Part shown: piece after piece, positions 18,460-29,942 of the stretch
Layout: each line of letters begins with the position of its first letter
Position numbering within the stretch: the first letter of the stretch is position 1
Source of the DNA: Peptococcaceae bacterium UBA4068
GTDB lineage: Bacteria > Bacillota > Dehalobacteriia > UBA4068
Assembly (NCBI GenBank): GCA_002382665.1
Contig: DFZA01000009.1
Coordinates: 294,495-358,494 of the forward strand
DNA length: 64,000 nt
Direction of reading: 5' to 3'
Notes under the pieces: model-generated
Seen by the model: the letters and a program-made list of their open reading frames with translations, nothing else
Database searches by the model: none
Told to the model about the DNA's origin: nothing
Program-made: the position numbers and the translations under genes

Positions 18460-21105
18460 TTATGCTTTAAATATATTCAAGTGTTCCTGCAGTGACTCTT
18501 TCTTTTGCTGATACTGCTCCGCCTTCTCTTTTTCCTTGGTAACGACTTCCGGCGGCGCTTTGGCAATAAAGTTCTGATTGTTTAGTTTTGCTTCCAGCCT
18601 CGCCAGTTCATTATCACAATTGGCGATTTCTTTAGTAATTCTTTCTATCTCTTTGGTGATATCAATTAAACCGGCCAACGGTAAATAGATGTCAACTCCT
18701 CTGACGTGAGCTTTGGCCGCCTGTGAAGGTACATTATCTGGAGAAGTAATATCGACGCTCTCGCCGGAGGCAAGAGAATTAATATAGCTGATACCCTCAT
18801 GCAAAACATCGGCATCAGCACCATCAGCGGCAAGAATGATTGCCGCCTTTTTGCCCAGCGGCACCTTCATCTCGGCACGGATATTGCGGATAGCCCGCAC
18901 GCAATCCATGATCAGACGCATTTGTTCGGCTTCCGTACTATAGTTCTCCATGCCCACGCCATCGGGATAATGCGCCAGCATGATCGTTTCCCCCTGATGA
19001 GGTAAATACTGCCATAGTTCTTCGGTAATAAAAGGGATGAACGGATGCAGTAATTCCAATATCTGTTTGGCAACCGTCACCAAGACCGTCTGAGCCGTGT
19101 ACTTTTCGATAGGAGTACCGCGATAAAGACGCGTTTTGGCTATTTCAACATACCAATCGCAGAACTCATCCCAGGTAAAATCATAAGCGACGCGAGCCGC
19201 CTCTCCCAGCTCATATTTGTCTAAATTGGCATTCATGGTAATGGCAGTCATACGCAATTGCTCTAAAATCCATTTATCGGCCAATGTTAATTGTAAAGTT
19301 TGATTATCATTTGGCTGATAATCTTCAAGATTCATCAGTACAAAGCGGCAGGCATTCCAGATTTTATTGATGAAATTGCGGCAAGCCTCCAACCGATCAT
19401 AATTAAAGCGCAAGTCATTTCCTGGTGAATTGCCGGTCAACAACATAAACCGCAGACTGTCGGCACCGACTTTATCGATCACTTCGATCGGATCGATACC
19501 ATTATTTAATGATTTGGACATTTTCCGTCCTTGCGCATCACGAACGATACCATGAATAAACACATCGTCAAATGGCTTTTGCCCCATATGCTCCAGACCG
19601 GAGAAAATCATTCGCGCCACCCAGAAGAAAATAATATCATATGCCGTAACCAGGACATCGGTCGGATAGAACGTATTCAGCAGTTCGGTTTTATCGGGCC
19701 AACCGAGTGTGGAAAACGGCCACAATGCCGATGAAAACCAGGTATCAAGCACATCCGGATCTTGTCTCAGCTTATGGCTGCCACATTTGGGGCAAGCGGT
19801 GGGATCTTCTTTGGCGCAAATAACTTCACCGCACTCGTTGCAATACCAAACCGGAATCCGATGGCCCCACCATAATTGGCGGGAAATACACCAGTCGCGA
19901 ATATTTTCCATCCAACTAATATAAGTTTTAGAAAAGCGTTCAGGTACAAATCTGATATCGCCACCTTTAACCGCATCTATCGCAGGAGCAGCCAAAGGAC
20001 CCATCTTAACAAACCACTGAGGTGAAATCAAAGGCTCAATGACAGTACCGCAACGGTAGCATTCACCAACAGAGTGCTCAAGATCTGTAATATCTTCCAA
20101 CAGCCCTAAGGAGCGGAATTCTTCTATGAGCTTTTCGCGGCATTCCAGACAATCCATACCAGCATATTTGCCAGCAGACTCATTCATCTTATTATCCTTA
20201 CCGATAACGGTAATCTGTTCGAGATTATGGCGCAGGCCTATTTCAAAGTCATTGGGGTCATGAGCCGGAGTAATTTTGACCGCGCCGGTACCAAATTCCA
20301 TATCACAATATTCATCGGCAATCAACGGTATTTCGCGACCGACGACCGGCAATATCAGTTTTTTACCAACTTTATCACGATAACGTTCGTCATCAGGATG
20401 AACAGCCACGGCTGTATCTCCAAGGATTGTCTCGGGACGGGTTGTGGCAATTACTATATAGCCGCTGCCGTCGGCGTAAGGATAGCGCAAATGCCAAAGA
20501 TGCCCCGCATGAGTGTTATGCTCAACTTCGATATCGGAAATAGTCGTCTGGCAATGACTGCACCAGTTTACGATAAAACTGCCGCGATAAATCAAACCTT
20601 TATTATATAACTCCACAAACACTTCTCTGACAGCACGAGAACAGCCCTCGTCAAAGGTAAAGCGTTCCTTGCTCCAGTCACAGGAAGAACCGATTTTGCG
20701 CAATTGTTTGGTTATCCTGTCGTGATAGGTGTCCTTCCACTGCCATACTTTATCTAAAAAGGCCTCTCTGCCAATATCGTATTTATTGATACCTTGCTTG
20801 GCCAGTTCCTCTTCAACACGGGCTTGCGTGGCAATACCAGCATGATCGGTGCCGGGTAGCCAAAAGGCGCGACGACCCTGCATCCGCCGCCAGCGCGTCA
20901 ATATATCCTGGATAGCGTTATCAAGAGCATGTCCCATATGCAACTGGCCTGTTACATTAGGAGGAGGCATGACAATACAAAAATGTTCCCCATCAGGGTT
21001 TACATCACAACTAAAATAACCGTTGTCCTCCCAATATTTATACCACTTGTCCTCAACTGCCGCCGGATCATAGGCAGTCGCCAGTGCAGGTTTTTGTTGT
21101 TCCAC
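18460..21105 (-). CDS. valS: valine--tRNA ligase
   Basis: Class I aaRS HMGH (HIGH) and KMSKS motifs, C-terminal coiled coil, 881 aa. Confidence 0.95.
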   Translation of the reverse strand: MEQQKPALATAYDPAAVEDKWYKYWEDNGYFSCDVNPDGEHFCIVMPPPNVTGQLHMGHALDNAIQDILTRWRRMQGRRAFWLPGTDHAGIATQARVEEELAKQGINKYDIGREAFLDKVWQWKDTYHDRITKQLRKIGSSCDWSKERFTFDEGCSRAVREVFVELYNKGLIYRGSFIVNWCSHCQTTISDIEVEHNTHAGHLWHLRYPYADGSGYIVIATTRPETILGDTAVAVHPDDERYRDKVGKKLILPVVGREIPLIADEYCDMEFGTGAVKITPAHDPNDFEIGLRHNLEQITVIGKDNKMNESAGKYAGMDCLECREKLIEEFRSLGLLEDITDLEHSVGECYRCGTVIEPLISPQWFVKMGPLAAPAIDAVKGGDIRFVPERFSKTYISWMENIRDWCISRQLWWGHRIPVWYCNECGEVICAKEDPTACPKCGSHKLRQDPDVLDTWFSSALWPFSTLGWPDKTELLNTFYPTDVLVTAYDIIFFWVARMIFSGLEHMGQKPFDDVFIHGIVRDAQGRKMSKSLNNGIDPIEVIDKVGADSLRFMLLTGNSPGNDLRFNYDRLEACRNFINKIWNACRFVLMNLEDYQPNDNQTLQLTLADKWILEQLRMTAITMNANLDKYELGEAARVAYDFTWDEFCDWYVEIAKTRLYRGTPIEKYTAQTVLVTVAKQILELLHPFIPFITEELWQYLPHQGETIMLAHYPDGVGMENYSTEAEQMRLIMDCVRAIRNIRAEMKVPLGKKAAIILAADGADADVLHEGISYINSLASGESVDITSPDNVPSQAAKAHVRGVDIYLPLAGLIDITKEIERITKEIANCDNELARLEAKLNNQNFIAKAPPEVVTKEKEKAEQYQQKKESLQEHLNIFKA

Positions 21106-21215
21106 TAACTACCCCTCGTTTCACGTTAAAAGTTTAAACAAAATATGACTTATTTTCTACTTATATCAATTAATTATATATAATATAGCAACCGATTTCC
21201 ACCTTTTTTAAAAAA

Positions 21216-21614
21216 TTATCCAGGATCATCGGGTGGCGGGTATAATGTTATGTAAGTTCGATATAATGATGCGCCGAACAAACTGCCACCTACACTTAAA
21301 ACAACGATAGCCGCAGATGCAATCAGCAGTAAAGGCAGATTAAGTAAGGGTGGAGCAAACCATATCAGCAAGAATAACATCAGTAAGATCAGCATAAACG
21401 ATAAATAGCAACCTGCCTTGAGCGGAGGCATTGACGCGGTAGTCCGCCAACTGCCAACAATTGCGGCAACCGGCGGTAAAGCGATTAACCAAATAAACAC
21501 AAATGTCGCGGCATTAAACGTCTGTACAATATTCGCAACCCCATAGATTACCGCTATCCCTACCGCCAACCAAATTATCATGGCAACCAAAGAGTTAAAT
21601 AAAAATCTTGTCAT
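21216..21614 (-). CDS. hypothetical membrane protein
   Basis: 132 aa with 4 hydrophobic helices. Confidence 0.45.
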   Translation of the reverse strand: MTRFLFNSLVAMIIWLAVGIAVIYGVANIVQTFNAATFVFIWLIALPPVAAIVGSWRTTASMPPLKAGCYLSFMLILLMLFLLIWFAPPLLNLPLLLIASAAIVVLSVGGSLFGASLYRTYITLYPPPDDPG

Positions 21615-21736
21615 TTGTCTCCCCTCCTTAATATACTTTACTAGTCAAGGGGTAAAAAAATAACTTGTGCGACAATTGATATTAATATCTTCTTATTATA
21701 TAATCTTTTTGATAATATAATTATGAGGTTATAAAA

Positions 21737-22648
21737 ATGGCTGAGAAACCAGCATTCTTTGAACAATTGATAGCTTCACTGGCGATATTGCTAGCCACGG
21801 CTATTTGGGGACTTTCATTCGTCTTTAGCAAAACGGCGTTTAATGATTTATCCCCGTTCTGGTTCCTGATCTGCCGTTACGGTTTAGCGGCATTTGTACT
21901 GCTAATTGTCGCCCATAAAAAAATTAACTTACTTAACCGTAAAATATTTATGCAGGCTATTCCTGTAGGTTTAGCTTTATTTGTAGCTAATGCTCTACAA
22001 ACCTCTTCACTATACCGCGGTGATGTTGGAAATACCGCTTTTATCACCTGTACATACGTCGTCTTTGTCCCTTTGGTCGCTTGTTTTTTCGGCAACAAAC
22101 TCTATCGCTCTCAGATGGCCATTACGCTGCTGACTTTTGTCGGATTAGCTATCTTCTCCTATAATCCGGGGCAAGGATTCACTAACGGCGAATATTTTGC
22201 CTTAGCAAGTTCTTTTGTTTATGCACTGCATTTCGTATTACTTGGCAAATACACCCGTGGTATTGACTCTCTGCTGCTTTCCTTTATGCAAATAATAATC
22301 TGCTTTGTCTGTTATATACCTACCGCGTTAATCTTTGAACCTTTACCCTCGTTGGTGAACTTCACTCCGTCGGTATTCACCTCTTTGGCCTATACGGCTA
22401 TTTTATCCACAGCCGTAGCCTTTTTTCTGCAAACAGCGGCGCAAAAACATCTCTCACCCCAGCAAACGTCAGTTTTATTCACGGCTGAATCATTGTTCAG
22501 CGCTTTCTTTGGCTGGCTGATTTTAAATGAAATGTTTACGTCCCGCCAATTTCTCGGCGGGACGATACTGATTTGTTGTATGATCGCTATTTTGGTTGTG
22601 CCCAACATGTTAAATAAAAAAAGGATAAATATAGAACAATCAAGTTAA
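21737..22648 (+). CDS. DMT-family (EamA-like) permease
   Basis: 303 aa with 10 TM helices in two EamA-like halves. Confidence 0.7.
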   Translation: MAEKPAFFEQLIASLAILLATAIWGLSFVFSKTAFNDLSPFWFLICRYGLAAFVLLIVAHKKINLLNRKIFMQAIPVGLALFVANALQTSSLYRGDVGNTAFITCTYVVFVPLVACFFGNKLYRSQMAITLLTFVGLAIFSYNPGQGFTNGEYFALASSFVYALHFVLLGKYTRGIDSLLLSFMQIIICFVCYIPTALIFEPLPSLVNFTPSVFTSLAYTAILSTAVAFFLQTAAQKHLSPQQTSVLFTAESLFSAFFGWLILNEMFTSRQFLGGTILICCMIAILVVPNMLNKKRINIEQSS

Positions 22649-23242
22649 GTAGTTTTCGACAGCTCTTAATAGCTGTTGTTTCCCATCATTGTTTTCAGAA
22701 GAAAAGGCGATGATCTCAGCAGGATTGATCTGCAGGGCTTCGCCAATCACTTTAAGTTGGCTCGGTCTGGCGCCGCGGCTGACTTTATCAGCTTTATTAG
22801 CTATCACCAAAATCCGGTAGCCGGCATCGACCAATATCCGGTGCATAATTAAATCCTGTTCCGAAGGCTTATGGCGGATATCTACCACCTGCCAGCAATA
22901 TTTATCATCTGTACGGGATGACAAGAATTCCTCTATCATCTCCAGCCAGCGGCTGCGTTCACTCTGCGATACTTTGGCGTAACCGTAACCGGGCAAATCA
23001 ACAAAATAGAATTCGCGCTGATTACTGGCAATTTCTGACTCAACCAAATAAAAATTAAGCAAGCGCGTTTTACCGGGGCTGCCAGAGGTGCGTGCTAAAT
23101 TTTTACGGTTAACCAAACTGTTAATCAACGATGATTTTCCGACATTGGAGCGTCCTAACAACACTATCTCCGGCAATTTTCGTTCGGGATATTGTTGTTT
23201 TTTTACAGCGGAAGCCAACAGTGAAGCTTGTTTAATTTTCAT
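22640..23242 (-). CDS. engB: ribosome biogenesis GTP-binding protein EngB/YsxC
   Basis: G1 motif GRSNVGKSS, DLPGYG. Position downstream of lon as in B. subtilis (lonA-ysxC). Confidence 0.9.
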   Translation of the reverse strand: MKIKQASLLASAVKKQQYPERKLPEIVLLGRSNVGKSSLINSLVNRKNLARTSGSPGKTRLLNFYLVESEIASNQREFYFVDLPGYGYAKVSQSERSRWLEMIEEFLSSRTDDKYCWQVVDIRHKPSEQDLIMHRILVDAGYRILVIANKADKVSRGARPSQLKVIGEALQINPAEIIAFSSENNDGKQQLLRAVENYLT

Positions 23243-23275
23243 AGTTTACTCTCATTACCCGACGCTATATTTGGT

Positions 23276-25660
23276 TTAGGGAAGCAAAGCAATGTCTAAA
23301 ACATCGTCCATAGTTTCGACGAGATTAAATTTCATTTTAGAACGGATTTTTGACGGCAGGTCTTCCAAATCCTTCTCGTTATCAAGCGGCAATATTATTT
23401 CTTTAATACCGCTGCGATAGGCGGCCAGCAGTTTTTCTTTGATACCGCCTACCGGCAACACGCGACCACGCAGCGTTACCTCGCCCGTCATAGCTAAATC
23501 GGAACGTACTCTGCGCCCGCTCAACTGAGAGGCAATGGCCGTCGCCATGGTAATGCCAGCCGAAGGACCGTCTTTGGGTATCGCACCTTCCGGCACATGG
23601 ATATGAAAGTCGGTTGTATCTTCGATATTATCGGCAATACCCAGCTTCTTACCTATGGAACGAATATAGGTATAACCTGCTTGCACGCTTTCTTTCATTA
23701 CGTCGCCTAACTGACCGGTAATGGTAATTTTACCTTTACCTGTAAGAGTCTGTACTTCAATCTCCAAGAGTTCGCCGCCAACCTGAGTCCAAGCCATACC
23801 GATGGCCACGCCGACCTGCGGGCGTTGTCTTTTGCTGCCGTAATGGAAGCGATGCATACCCAAATAATCCTCAATGTTAGCTTCGGTAACTTTAAAAGGC
23901 GGTTCGACGCCGCCTACGATATCACGGCTGACATGGCGGCAAATACGGGCGATTAGGCGTTCTAATTCACGGACGCCGGCCTCGCGGGTATAATAGCGAA
24001 TAATAGCTCTCAAAGCGTTTTCTGAAACAGACAGTTGTTTCTTATCAAGCCCATGCTCCGCCAATTGTTTGGCAACCAGATGGCGGGCAGCAATTTTTAC
24101 TTTTTCCTCTTCGGTATAGCTGGAGATTTCAATGATCTCCATGCGGTCTTGCAGAGGTTTGGGAATATCATATCTGACATTGGCGGTGGTAATAAACAAT
24201 ACATTGGAGAGATCATAAGGAACTTCGAGATAATGATCCACAAAAGTATTATTCTGTTCCGGATCGAGCACTTCCAACAGCGCGCTGGAAGGGTCGCCGC
24301 GAAAATCATTGCTTAATTTATCGATTTCATCCAAAAGGAATAACGGGTTGCAGCTTTTAGCTTGCTTAATATTTTGCATTATCCTGCCCGGCATGGCGCC
24401 AATATATGTACGCCTGTGGCCACGGATTTCCGCCTCATCATGGACGCCGCCTAACGACATGCGCACAAAATTACGATCCATAGCGCGGGCAACGGAACGC
24501 GCCAGTGAAGTTTTACCGACGCCGGGGGGCCCCACCAAACAAAGAATCGGACCTTTGAGGTTGTTAGTCAATTGGCGGCTGGCCAAATACTCTAAAATGC
24601 GTTCTTTGGGCTTTTCTAAGCCATAATGATCCTGATTAAGTATCTTTTCCGCGCGGTGGATATCAAGATTATCTTTAGTTTGCTGATTCCACGGCACGTC
24701 TAACAACCAATTAATATATGTGCTTATCACTGACCCTTCGGCCATTTGCGACGGCATTTTCAACAAACGGTCAAGCTCTTTTTCAATTTGTTCCATGACA
24801 TGATCGGGAACCTTTTGCTCCAGCGCCCGCGCCCGCAACTCCTCTACCTCGGCAGTGCGTTCATCTTTTTCTCCCAGCTCCTGCTGAATTGCTTTCATCT
24901 GTTCGCGCAAGTAGTATTCTTTTTGATGTTTCTCCATCTGCTGGCGCACACGATCAACGATCTTCTTCTCAATATCAATGATTTGTGTTTCTTTATCAAG
25001 CATACTTATGATCATTTCCATACGCTTGTAGATATCAGTTTCTTCAAGCAAACGCTGGCGGTCCTCGTATTTGAGGTTAAGCTGCGCCGCTACGATATCG
25101 GCGAACCGCTCCGGCTCTTCGATACCGTTGATCGAAATCAGCGCCTCAGGTGTGATCTTCTTGCTGCTGCTAGCATAATCTTCGAAGCATTTACGGGTAA
25201 TGCGGATTATCGCTTCCATTTCCAATTCATCGGCGCCAAGAGTTTCGTCAAGCGATTCTATTTCAACGGCATAATAGGGGTTGTGGCGGGTGTAGGCAAG
25301 AATGTGAGCGCGGTATAAACCTTCAACCAGTAAGCGTACAGTACCGCCCGGTAATTTTAATAACTGGCGAATTTGCACAACGGTGCCTATATTATAGATT
25401 TCATCTTCGATCGGGTCGTCTGTTTGTGGATTTTTTTGCATTGCTAAAAAAAGCAAGCGGCTGTCATCGAGCATTGCTTCATCAATAGCTTTTATGGAAC
25501 GTTCGCGACCGACATCAATATGAATAATCATATAGGGATAAACCAGCATCCCTCGAAGCGGCATCATCGGCAACACCATTGGCTCTTTTTCGTCCCGATA
25601 GTCGGGAGTAAAATCTTTGCTGATAGGCAGAGTGCTGTTTTCGTTACTTTTTTCTATCAT
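23276..25660 (-). CDS. lon: ATP-dependent Lon protease
   Basis: Lon N-terminal domain, AAA+ GPPGVGKTS, protease Ser-Lys dyad region PKDGPSAG. Confidence 0.95.
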   Translation of the reverse strand: MIEKSNENSTLPISKDFTPDYRDEKEPMVLPMMPLRGMLVYPYMIIHIDVGRERSIKAIDEAMLDDSRLLFLAMQKNPQTDDPIEDEIYNIGTVVQIRQLLKLPGGTVRLLVEGLYRAHILAYTRHNPYYAVEIESLDETLGADELEMEAIIRITRKCFEDYASSSKKITPEALISINGIEEPERFADIVAAQLNLKYEDRQRLLEETDIYKRMEMIISMLDKETQIIDIEKKIVDRVRQQMEKHQKEYYLREQMKAIQQELGEKDERTAEVEELRARALEQKVPDHVMEQIEKELDRLLKMPSQMAEGSVISTYINWLLDVPWNQQTKDNLDIHRAEKILNQDHYGLEKPKERILEYLASRQLTNNLKGPILCLVGPPGVGKTSLARSVARAMDRNFVRMSLGGVHDEAEIRGHRRTYIGAMPGRIMQNIKQAKSCNPLFLLDEIDKLSNDFRGDPSSALLEVLDPEQNNTFVDHYLEVPYDLSNVLFITTANVRYDIPKPLQDRMEIIEISSYTEEEKVKIAARHLVAKQLAEHGLDKKQLSVSENALRAIIRYYTREAGVRELERLIARICRHVSRDIVGGVEPPFKVTEANIEDYLGMHRFHYGSKRQRPQVGVAIGMAWTQVGGELLEIEVQTLTGKGKITITGQLGDVMKESVQAGYTYIRSIGKKLGIADNIEDTTDFHIHVPEGAIPKDGPSAGITMATAIASQLSGRRVRSDLAMTGEVTLRGRVLPVGGIKEKLLAAYRSGIKEIILPLDNEKDLEDLPSKIRSKMKFNLVETMDDVLDIALLP

Positions 25661-25909
25661 ATCAGTACCTCATTTAAATTTATCTAAGTTAGCAATTATC
25701 TTTTGTATTAATTAAGCTGCAACCGACTTTTGCTAAAAATATTTGGTTCATTGCTTCCTAATTTGTGACAATTTAAGCATAACTCTTGATTATTATAGCA
25801 TACAATATTATTTCTGCAAAGGGTCAGCGCATGCCAATAATATACAGTTTATTGATCAAAGATAACGTCGGTGCTTGCTTAAAAAGCATATTCATGCTAT
25901 TATATCTTC

Positions 25910-26362
25910 ATGGAAAAAATAGCGAGTTTCTGTGTAAATCATGATACGCTCCAAAAGGGCATGTACCTCTCCCGCGTCGACGGCGATATCTCTACCTGGG
26001 ATATCAGGATGTGTTTGCCTAACAGCGGTAATTATCTTGATATGGCCGCCTGCCATAGCTTTGAACATCTATTTGCCACTATCGTCCGTAATTCCAGACG
26101 GCGTGATCAGATCATCTATGTCGGACCAATGGGCTGTCGGACCGGCTTTTATTTCCTCACCCGCAATATGACGGCAGAGGCAGCGCTTAATCTGTTTCGT
26201 GACACTTTGCATCAGATCGCCGGTTATGATGGTGCAATTCCCGGTGTCTCACATCAGGAGTGCGGCAACTATTTGGAGCATGACTTGGACGGAGCAAAAA
26301 AAATAGCCGCCGATATGGCCGATGTATTGGCTACTTGGACGGCAGAGAAAATGCATTATTAA
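25910..26362 (+). CDS. luxS: S-ribosylhomocysteine lyase
   Basis: HSFEHL metal-binding motif, 150 aa. Confidence 0.9.
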   Translation: MEKIASFCVNHDTLQKGMYLSRVDGDISTWDIRMCLPNSGNYLDMAACHSFEHLFATIVRNSRRRDQIIYVGPMGCRTGFYFLTRNMTAEAALNLFRDTLHQIAGYDGAIPGVSHQECGNYLEHDLDGAKKIAADMADVLATWTAEKMHY

Positions 26363-26373
26363 CTAATGAAGAC

Positions 26374-26407
26374 AAAAAAATCCGTGGCTTTGCCACGGAT
26401 TTTTTTG
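26374..26407. terminator. Bidirectional rho-independent terminator between luxS and the lipoprotein gene
   Basis: A7-TCCGTGGC-TTTG-CCACGGA-T7. Confidence 0.85.
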
Positions 26408-26408
26408 T

Positions 26409-26978
26409 CTATTGTTTTATTTGAGCATACATATCTTCTTCACCGGCTGTAACTTTGAAGCTGTTAATGATATCATCGATCAGCAGACTGTTTTCCTGAT
26501 AATTGTTAGTACCGCTGGTAAAAATCAAAAAGTAGCGCAAAGAATTGTATGGGTGGATAATCGAAATATCATAGGTCACACCCCTGCCCTGATCATCGAC
26601 GCAAGCAAACACTTCTCGGTATTGTTTTTGATCATCGTCCTTGGTCGAGACAACTTCGGAGTTTTTCATGCCTTTTGCCAGCTGATCTTCTAACAACTGG
26701 GCGACTTCCGCCAGCGAATAATACTCTACACCGCCAAGCTCACAGACAATATCAAGTTTAATCGAACCATCATCTGAGAGGAAAGAGGTGGTTTTTTCGT
26801 CTTTGGTTTGCTGCTGCTGCCAGTTTTCCGGTAATGTCAAAGAATACCCCTGTTCTTTCAGCGCAAAATCCTTGGCTGACTGGCCGACAAGACCTTCCCC
26901 GCCGTAATTGGCCGAACATGAACACAATAGCAAGCAAATGAGCAATAATATCAGTAATTTATTTGCTTTTTTCATCAA
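26409..26978 (-). CDS. hypothetical lipoprotein
   Basis: Signal peptide with a lipobox (LLLCSCSA), 189 aa. Confidence 0.55.
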   Translation of the reverse strand: MMKKANKLLILLLICLLLCSCSANYGGEGLVGQSAKDFALKEQGYSLTLPENWQQQQTKDEKTTSFLSDDGSIKLDIVCELGGVEYYSLAEVAQLLEDQLAKGMKNSEVVSTKDDDQKQYREVFACVDDQGRGVTYDISIIHPYNSLRYFLIFTSGTNNYQENSLLIDDIINSFKVTAGEEDMYAQIKQ

Positions 26979-27484
26979 ATGTTTTCTTCCTCCAAATAGT
27001 CTCCGACCATATTTAAAGCCGCTTCCACACTGCTGCGCCGGACCTTTATACGCATACCATGAAAAAAGAATTGTTTAACCACCCGGTAATCAGCAGAAAT
27101 AACTGCAATGAAAACTAGGCCGACAGGTTTACTCGCACTACTGCCGCCCGGTCCGGCAATACCTGTAATACTGACTGCTATATCTGCTCCTGAGAGAAGC
27201 AACAGGCCTTCTGCCATAGCAGCGGCCGTTTCAGCGCTGACAGCGCCATGCTGATTTATTGTTGAAGCCGGCACGTTGAGCAGTTTTTGCTTTGCCTCAT
27301 TGCTATACGTCACTAAACCATAGCCAAAGCAACGGGAAGCACCTGTTATATCAGTTATGGCGGCAGCCAGACCTCCGCCGGTACAGGATTCTGCACAAGC
27401 TATTGTCTGATTACGCTCAATTAAGCGTTCTACAACGGTCTTTGCATCCATATAATACACTCCTCTGTTGACCGGGTAAAACAT
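26975..27484 (-). CDS. pncC: CinA C-terminal domain protein (nicotinamide-nucleotide amidohydrolase PncC-like)
   Basis: ACAESCTGGGLAA signature of the CinA C-terminal domain. Confidence 0.8.
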   Translation of the reverse strand: MFYPVNRGVYYMDAKTVVERLIERNQTIACAESCTGGGLAAAITDITGASRCFGYGLVTYSNEAKQKLLNVPASTINQHGAVSAETAAAMAEGLLLLSGADIAVSITGIAGPGGSSASKPVGLVFIAVISADYRVVKQFFFHGMRIKVRRSSVEAALNMVGDYLEEENI

Positions 27485-27490
27485 ATGTTA

Positions 27491-28042
27491 TTATTTTCTA
27501 CTACCTATCAGAAAAGGCCAACCTTTGATAATGTAATCAGCACCGGAAAACACCGTCATAATCAACGCAATATATGCGATCACCTGTGCAAAAATCACAA
27601 AGAACGGCTGCGGCCAAATCGACATTTGTTGGACAAGCAGCAATAAAATAGCTACCATCTGGCTGGTGGTCTTAAGCTTGCCCCAGAAAGATGCGGCAAT
27701 AACCTCGCCTTGCTCAGCGGCTAATATACGCAGGCCGTTGACAGCAAATTCGCGGCAAATAATGATAATTACTATCCAAGCCGCCAGTCTATTCATATTT
27801 ACTAACACAATAAAGGCGCTGCTTACTAATATTTTATCGGCCAACGGATCAATAAACTTACCCAAAGTGGTCACAAGATTATATTTGCGGGCGATTTTAC
27901 CATCAACCATATCGCTGAGTGAGGCGATAATAAAGACCACGGCAGCCCAAATATCGCCGTGGGGGATGGGGCAAAGAGCTAAAATCACAAACAGCGGCAC
28001 CATACAAATACGAGCAAAGCTTATTTTATTGGGCAAATTCAT
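27491..28042 (-). CDS. pgsA: CDP-diacylglycerol--glycerol-3-phosphate 3-phosphatidyltransferase
   Basis: CDP-alcohol phosphatidyltransferase motif D...DG...AR....T..G...D...DK. Confidence 0.85.
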   Translation of the reverse strand: MNLPNKISFARICMVPLFVILALCPIPHGDIWAAVVFIIASLSDMVDGKIARKYNLVTTLGKFIDPLADKILVSSAFIVLVNMNRLAAWIVIIIICREFAVNGLRILAAEQGEVIAASFWGKLKTTSQMVAILLLLVQQMSIWPQPFFVIFAQVIAYIALIMTVFSGADYIIKGWPFLIGSRK

Positions 28043-29364
28043 AGTAACTCTCCTATCAGATCATAAGTATCGGCAGCGGTAATTTTTACGGATACAAAAT
28101 CTCCGGCTGATATTGGGGTTTTAGATTGGAAATAGACCTGCCCGTCTACTTCCGGCGCCTGAAAGCTGCTGCGTCCTTTGTACCAACCATCGCCAAATTC
28201 TTCCTCAGCAGTTTCTTCACAAAGAACCTGCAACTGACGGCCGATATAACTACTTTGTATCCCGGTGCTGATGTCGGCTGACAGCTCCATCAGTTGTTTA
28301 AGACGCCGCTGTTTGGTAGCTTCACGCACCTGATGCGGTAATTGTGCCGCAACTGTATCTTCTTCGCGGCTATAGCTGAAAGCACCCAACCAATCAAAGC
28401 GAGTATCTTTAACAAAACACAGCAAATGCCGAAAGTGTTGTTCCTGCTCGCCGGGGAAACCAACCATCATCGTTGTCCGTAGCGCCACATCGGGCAAGTA
28501 GCGGCGAATCATAGTAATCTTTTCGCGAATTTGCTGTTGATTGGAACGTCTGTTCATCGATTTAAGTATCTGGTCGTCGGCGTGCTGCAGCGGTATATCG
28601 AGGTAATGGCATATGTTATCATGAGCCGACATTACCTCCAGTAACCGTTGATTGATCTCATCCGGGTAAACATAGAGCAGGCGCAGCCAGGCAAATGGCA
28701 ATGATGCCAACTGCTCAAGCAATTCCGGTAAATGCGGTTTACCATCGATATCTTTACCGTAAGCGGTTGTATCCTGAGCAATAATTACCAGCTCTTTAAT
28801 ACCACGTTCAAGTAATTGCCGAGCTTCTTCAATGATTTCCGTCTCGGGACGGCTGACCAACTGTCCGCGCAGTTGAGGGATAAGACAATAACTGCAACGG
28901 TTATTACACCCCTCGGCAATCTTTAAATAAGCTGTGGCGCTTGTGGGAGCCAATTCCCTTAATAAATAATTGTTAGCAGGCAAAGACTTGGCAGCCTGCT
29001 TCAGATAGTCAGCTATTAGTTGTCCGATACTATGATATTCGTGAGTACCTAAAAATAAATCAATTTCCGGAATCTCTTGTGTTAGTTCATCACGGTACTT
29101 TTCCACAAGACAACCGACCACGATTAGCAGTTGGCAACTACCTTGCTCTTTATATGAAGCAGCATCGAGAATTGCAGCGATACTTTCCTCTTTAGCCGGT
29201 TTTATAAAACCGCATGTATTAATAATGATGACCTGCGCCTGACGCGGATCATCGGTTAATTGCCAACCTTGTAAGCGGATAATACCGCTCATCAGTTCAC
29301 TATCAACCAAATTTTTGGCGCAACCTAAACTTAACAAATAGATATTTGCTACAGTAGCTGTCAT
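28039..29364 (-). CDS. rimO: ribosomal protein S12 methylthiotransferase RimO (MiaB-family radical SAM)
   Basis: N-terminal MTTase Cys triad, radical SAM CNNRCSYC, C-terminal TRAM domain. Confidence 0.8.
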   Translation of the reverse strand: MTATVANIYLLSLGCAKNLVDSELMSGIIRLQGWQLTDDPRQAQVIIINTCGFIKPAKEESIAAILDAASYKEQGSCQLLIVVGCLVEKYRDELTQEIPEIDLFLGTHEYHSIGQLIADYLKQAAKSLPANNYLLRELAPTSATAYLKIAEGCNNRCSYCLIPQLRGQLVSRPETEIIEEARQLLERGIKELVIIAQDTTAYGKDIDGKPHLPELLEQLASLPFAWLRLLYVYPDEINQRLLEVMSAHDNICHYLDIPLQHADDQILKSMNRRSNQQQIREKITMIRRYLPDVALRTTMMVGFPGEQEQHFRHLLCFVKDTRFDWLGAFSYSREEDTVAAQLPHQVREATKQRRLKQLMELSADISTGIQSSYIGRQLQVLCEETAEEEFGDGWYKGRSSFQAPEVDGQVYFQSKTPISAGDFVSVKITAADTYDLIGELL

Positions 29365-29386
29365 AGTAATCCTTTTATTATTAATA

Positions 29387-29869
29387 TTATTTTAGATAAA
29401 TGATCGCGCCTACGATAAGACCGGCGACCACAATCAAAATCAATAACAAATATATCCCTTGACGCCGATTTTTGACTTGTTCGTCAGCCGGCAGTTCGCT
29501 ATAATCTTCAACCGGCTCCAGATAATCTTCGCTCAAATCCATTTCCGCTTCAACTTCGCCGACATCTTTATGATTATCGAATACTACCGGTCGGCGGGCG
29601 CCTTTCTTGTGCGGTTTGTTTAAAAGCATTTCCTCATCGGGATAATCCTCACTTAAAGCGTCTATTAAAGCCTTTTCATCACCGTCAAGAAAACGGATAT
29701 AACTACGCAGAAAACCAAAGGCATATGCACGACCCGGTAATGCCTTAAAATCTCCTGCCTCCATTGATTTAAGGTAACGAGTGGAAATATGGGTTGCTTT
29801 GGCTGTGTCCTCGATGCTATAACCGCGATATTCGCGCATTTTACGCAAATATTCTCCGATATCCTGCAT
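29387..29869 (-). CDS. rodZ: RodZ-like HTH (XRE) cytoskeleton protein
   Basis: N-terminal XRE HTH, then a TM helix, short form. Position between ftsK and pgsA as ymfM in B. subtilis. Confidence 0.6.
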   Translation of the reverse strand: MQDIGEYLRKMREYRGYSIEDTAKATHISTRYLKSMEAGDFKALPGRAYAFGFLRSYIRFLDGDEKALIDALSEDYPDEEMLLNKPHKKGARRPVVFDNHKDVGEVEAEMDLSEDYLEPVEDYSELPADEQVKNRRQGIYLLLILIVVAGLIVGAIIYLK

Positions 29870-29942
29870 GCTATTACCTCCTGATAAAAATTACCTTAAT
29901 TTAGGTAATCCCATTTACAAGCAAATCTATGATGCCCAATAA

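Noticed and set aside
21106-21215. T-box leader upstream of valS
   Set aside because: Only 110 nt separate valS from the upstream membrane-protein gene, and no AGGGTGGNACCGCG antiterminator motif is present on the transcribed strand.
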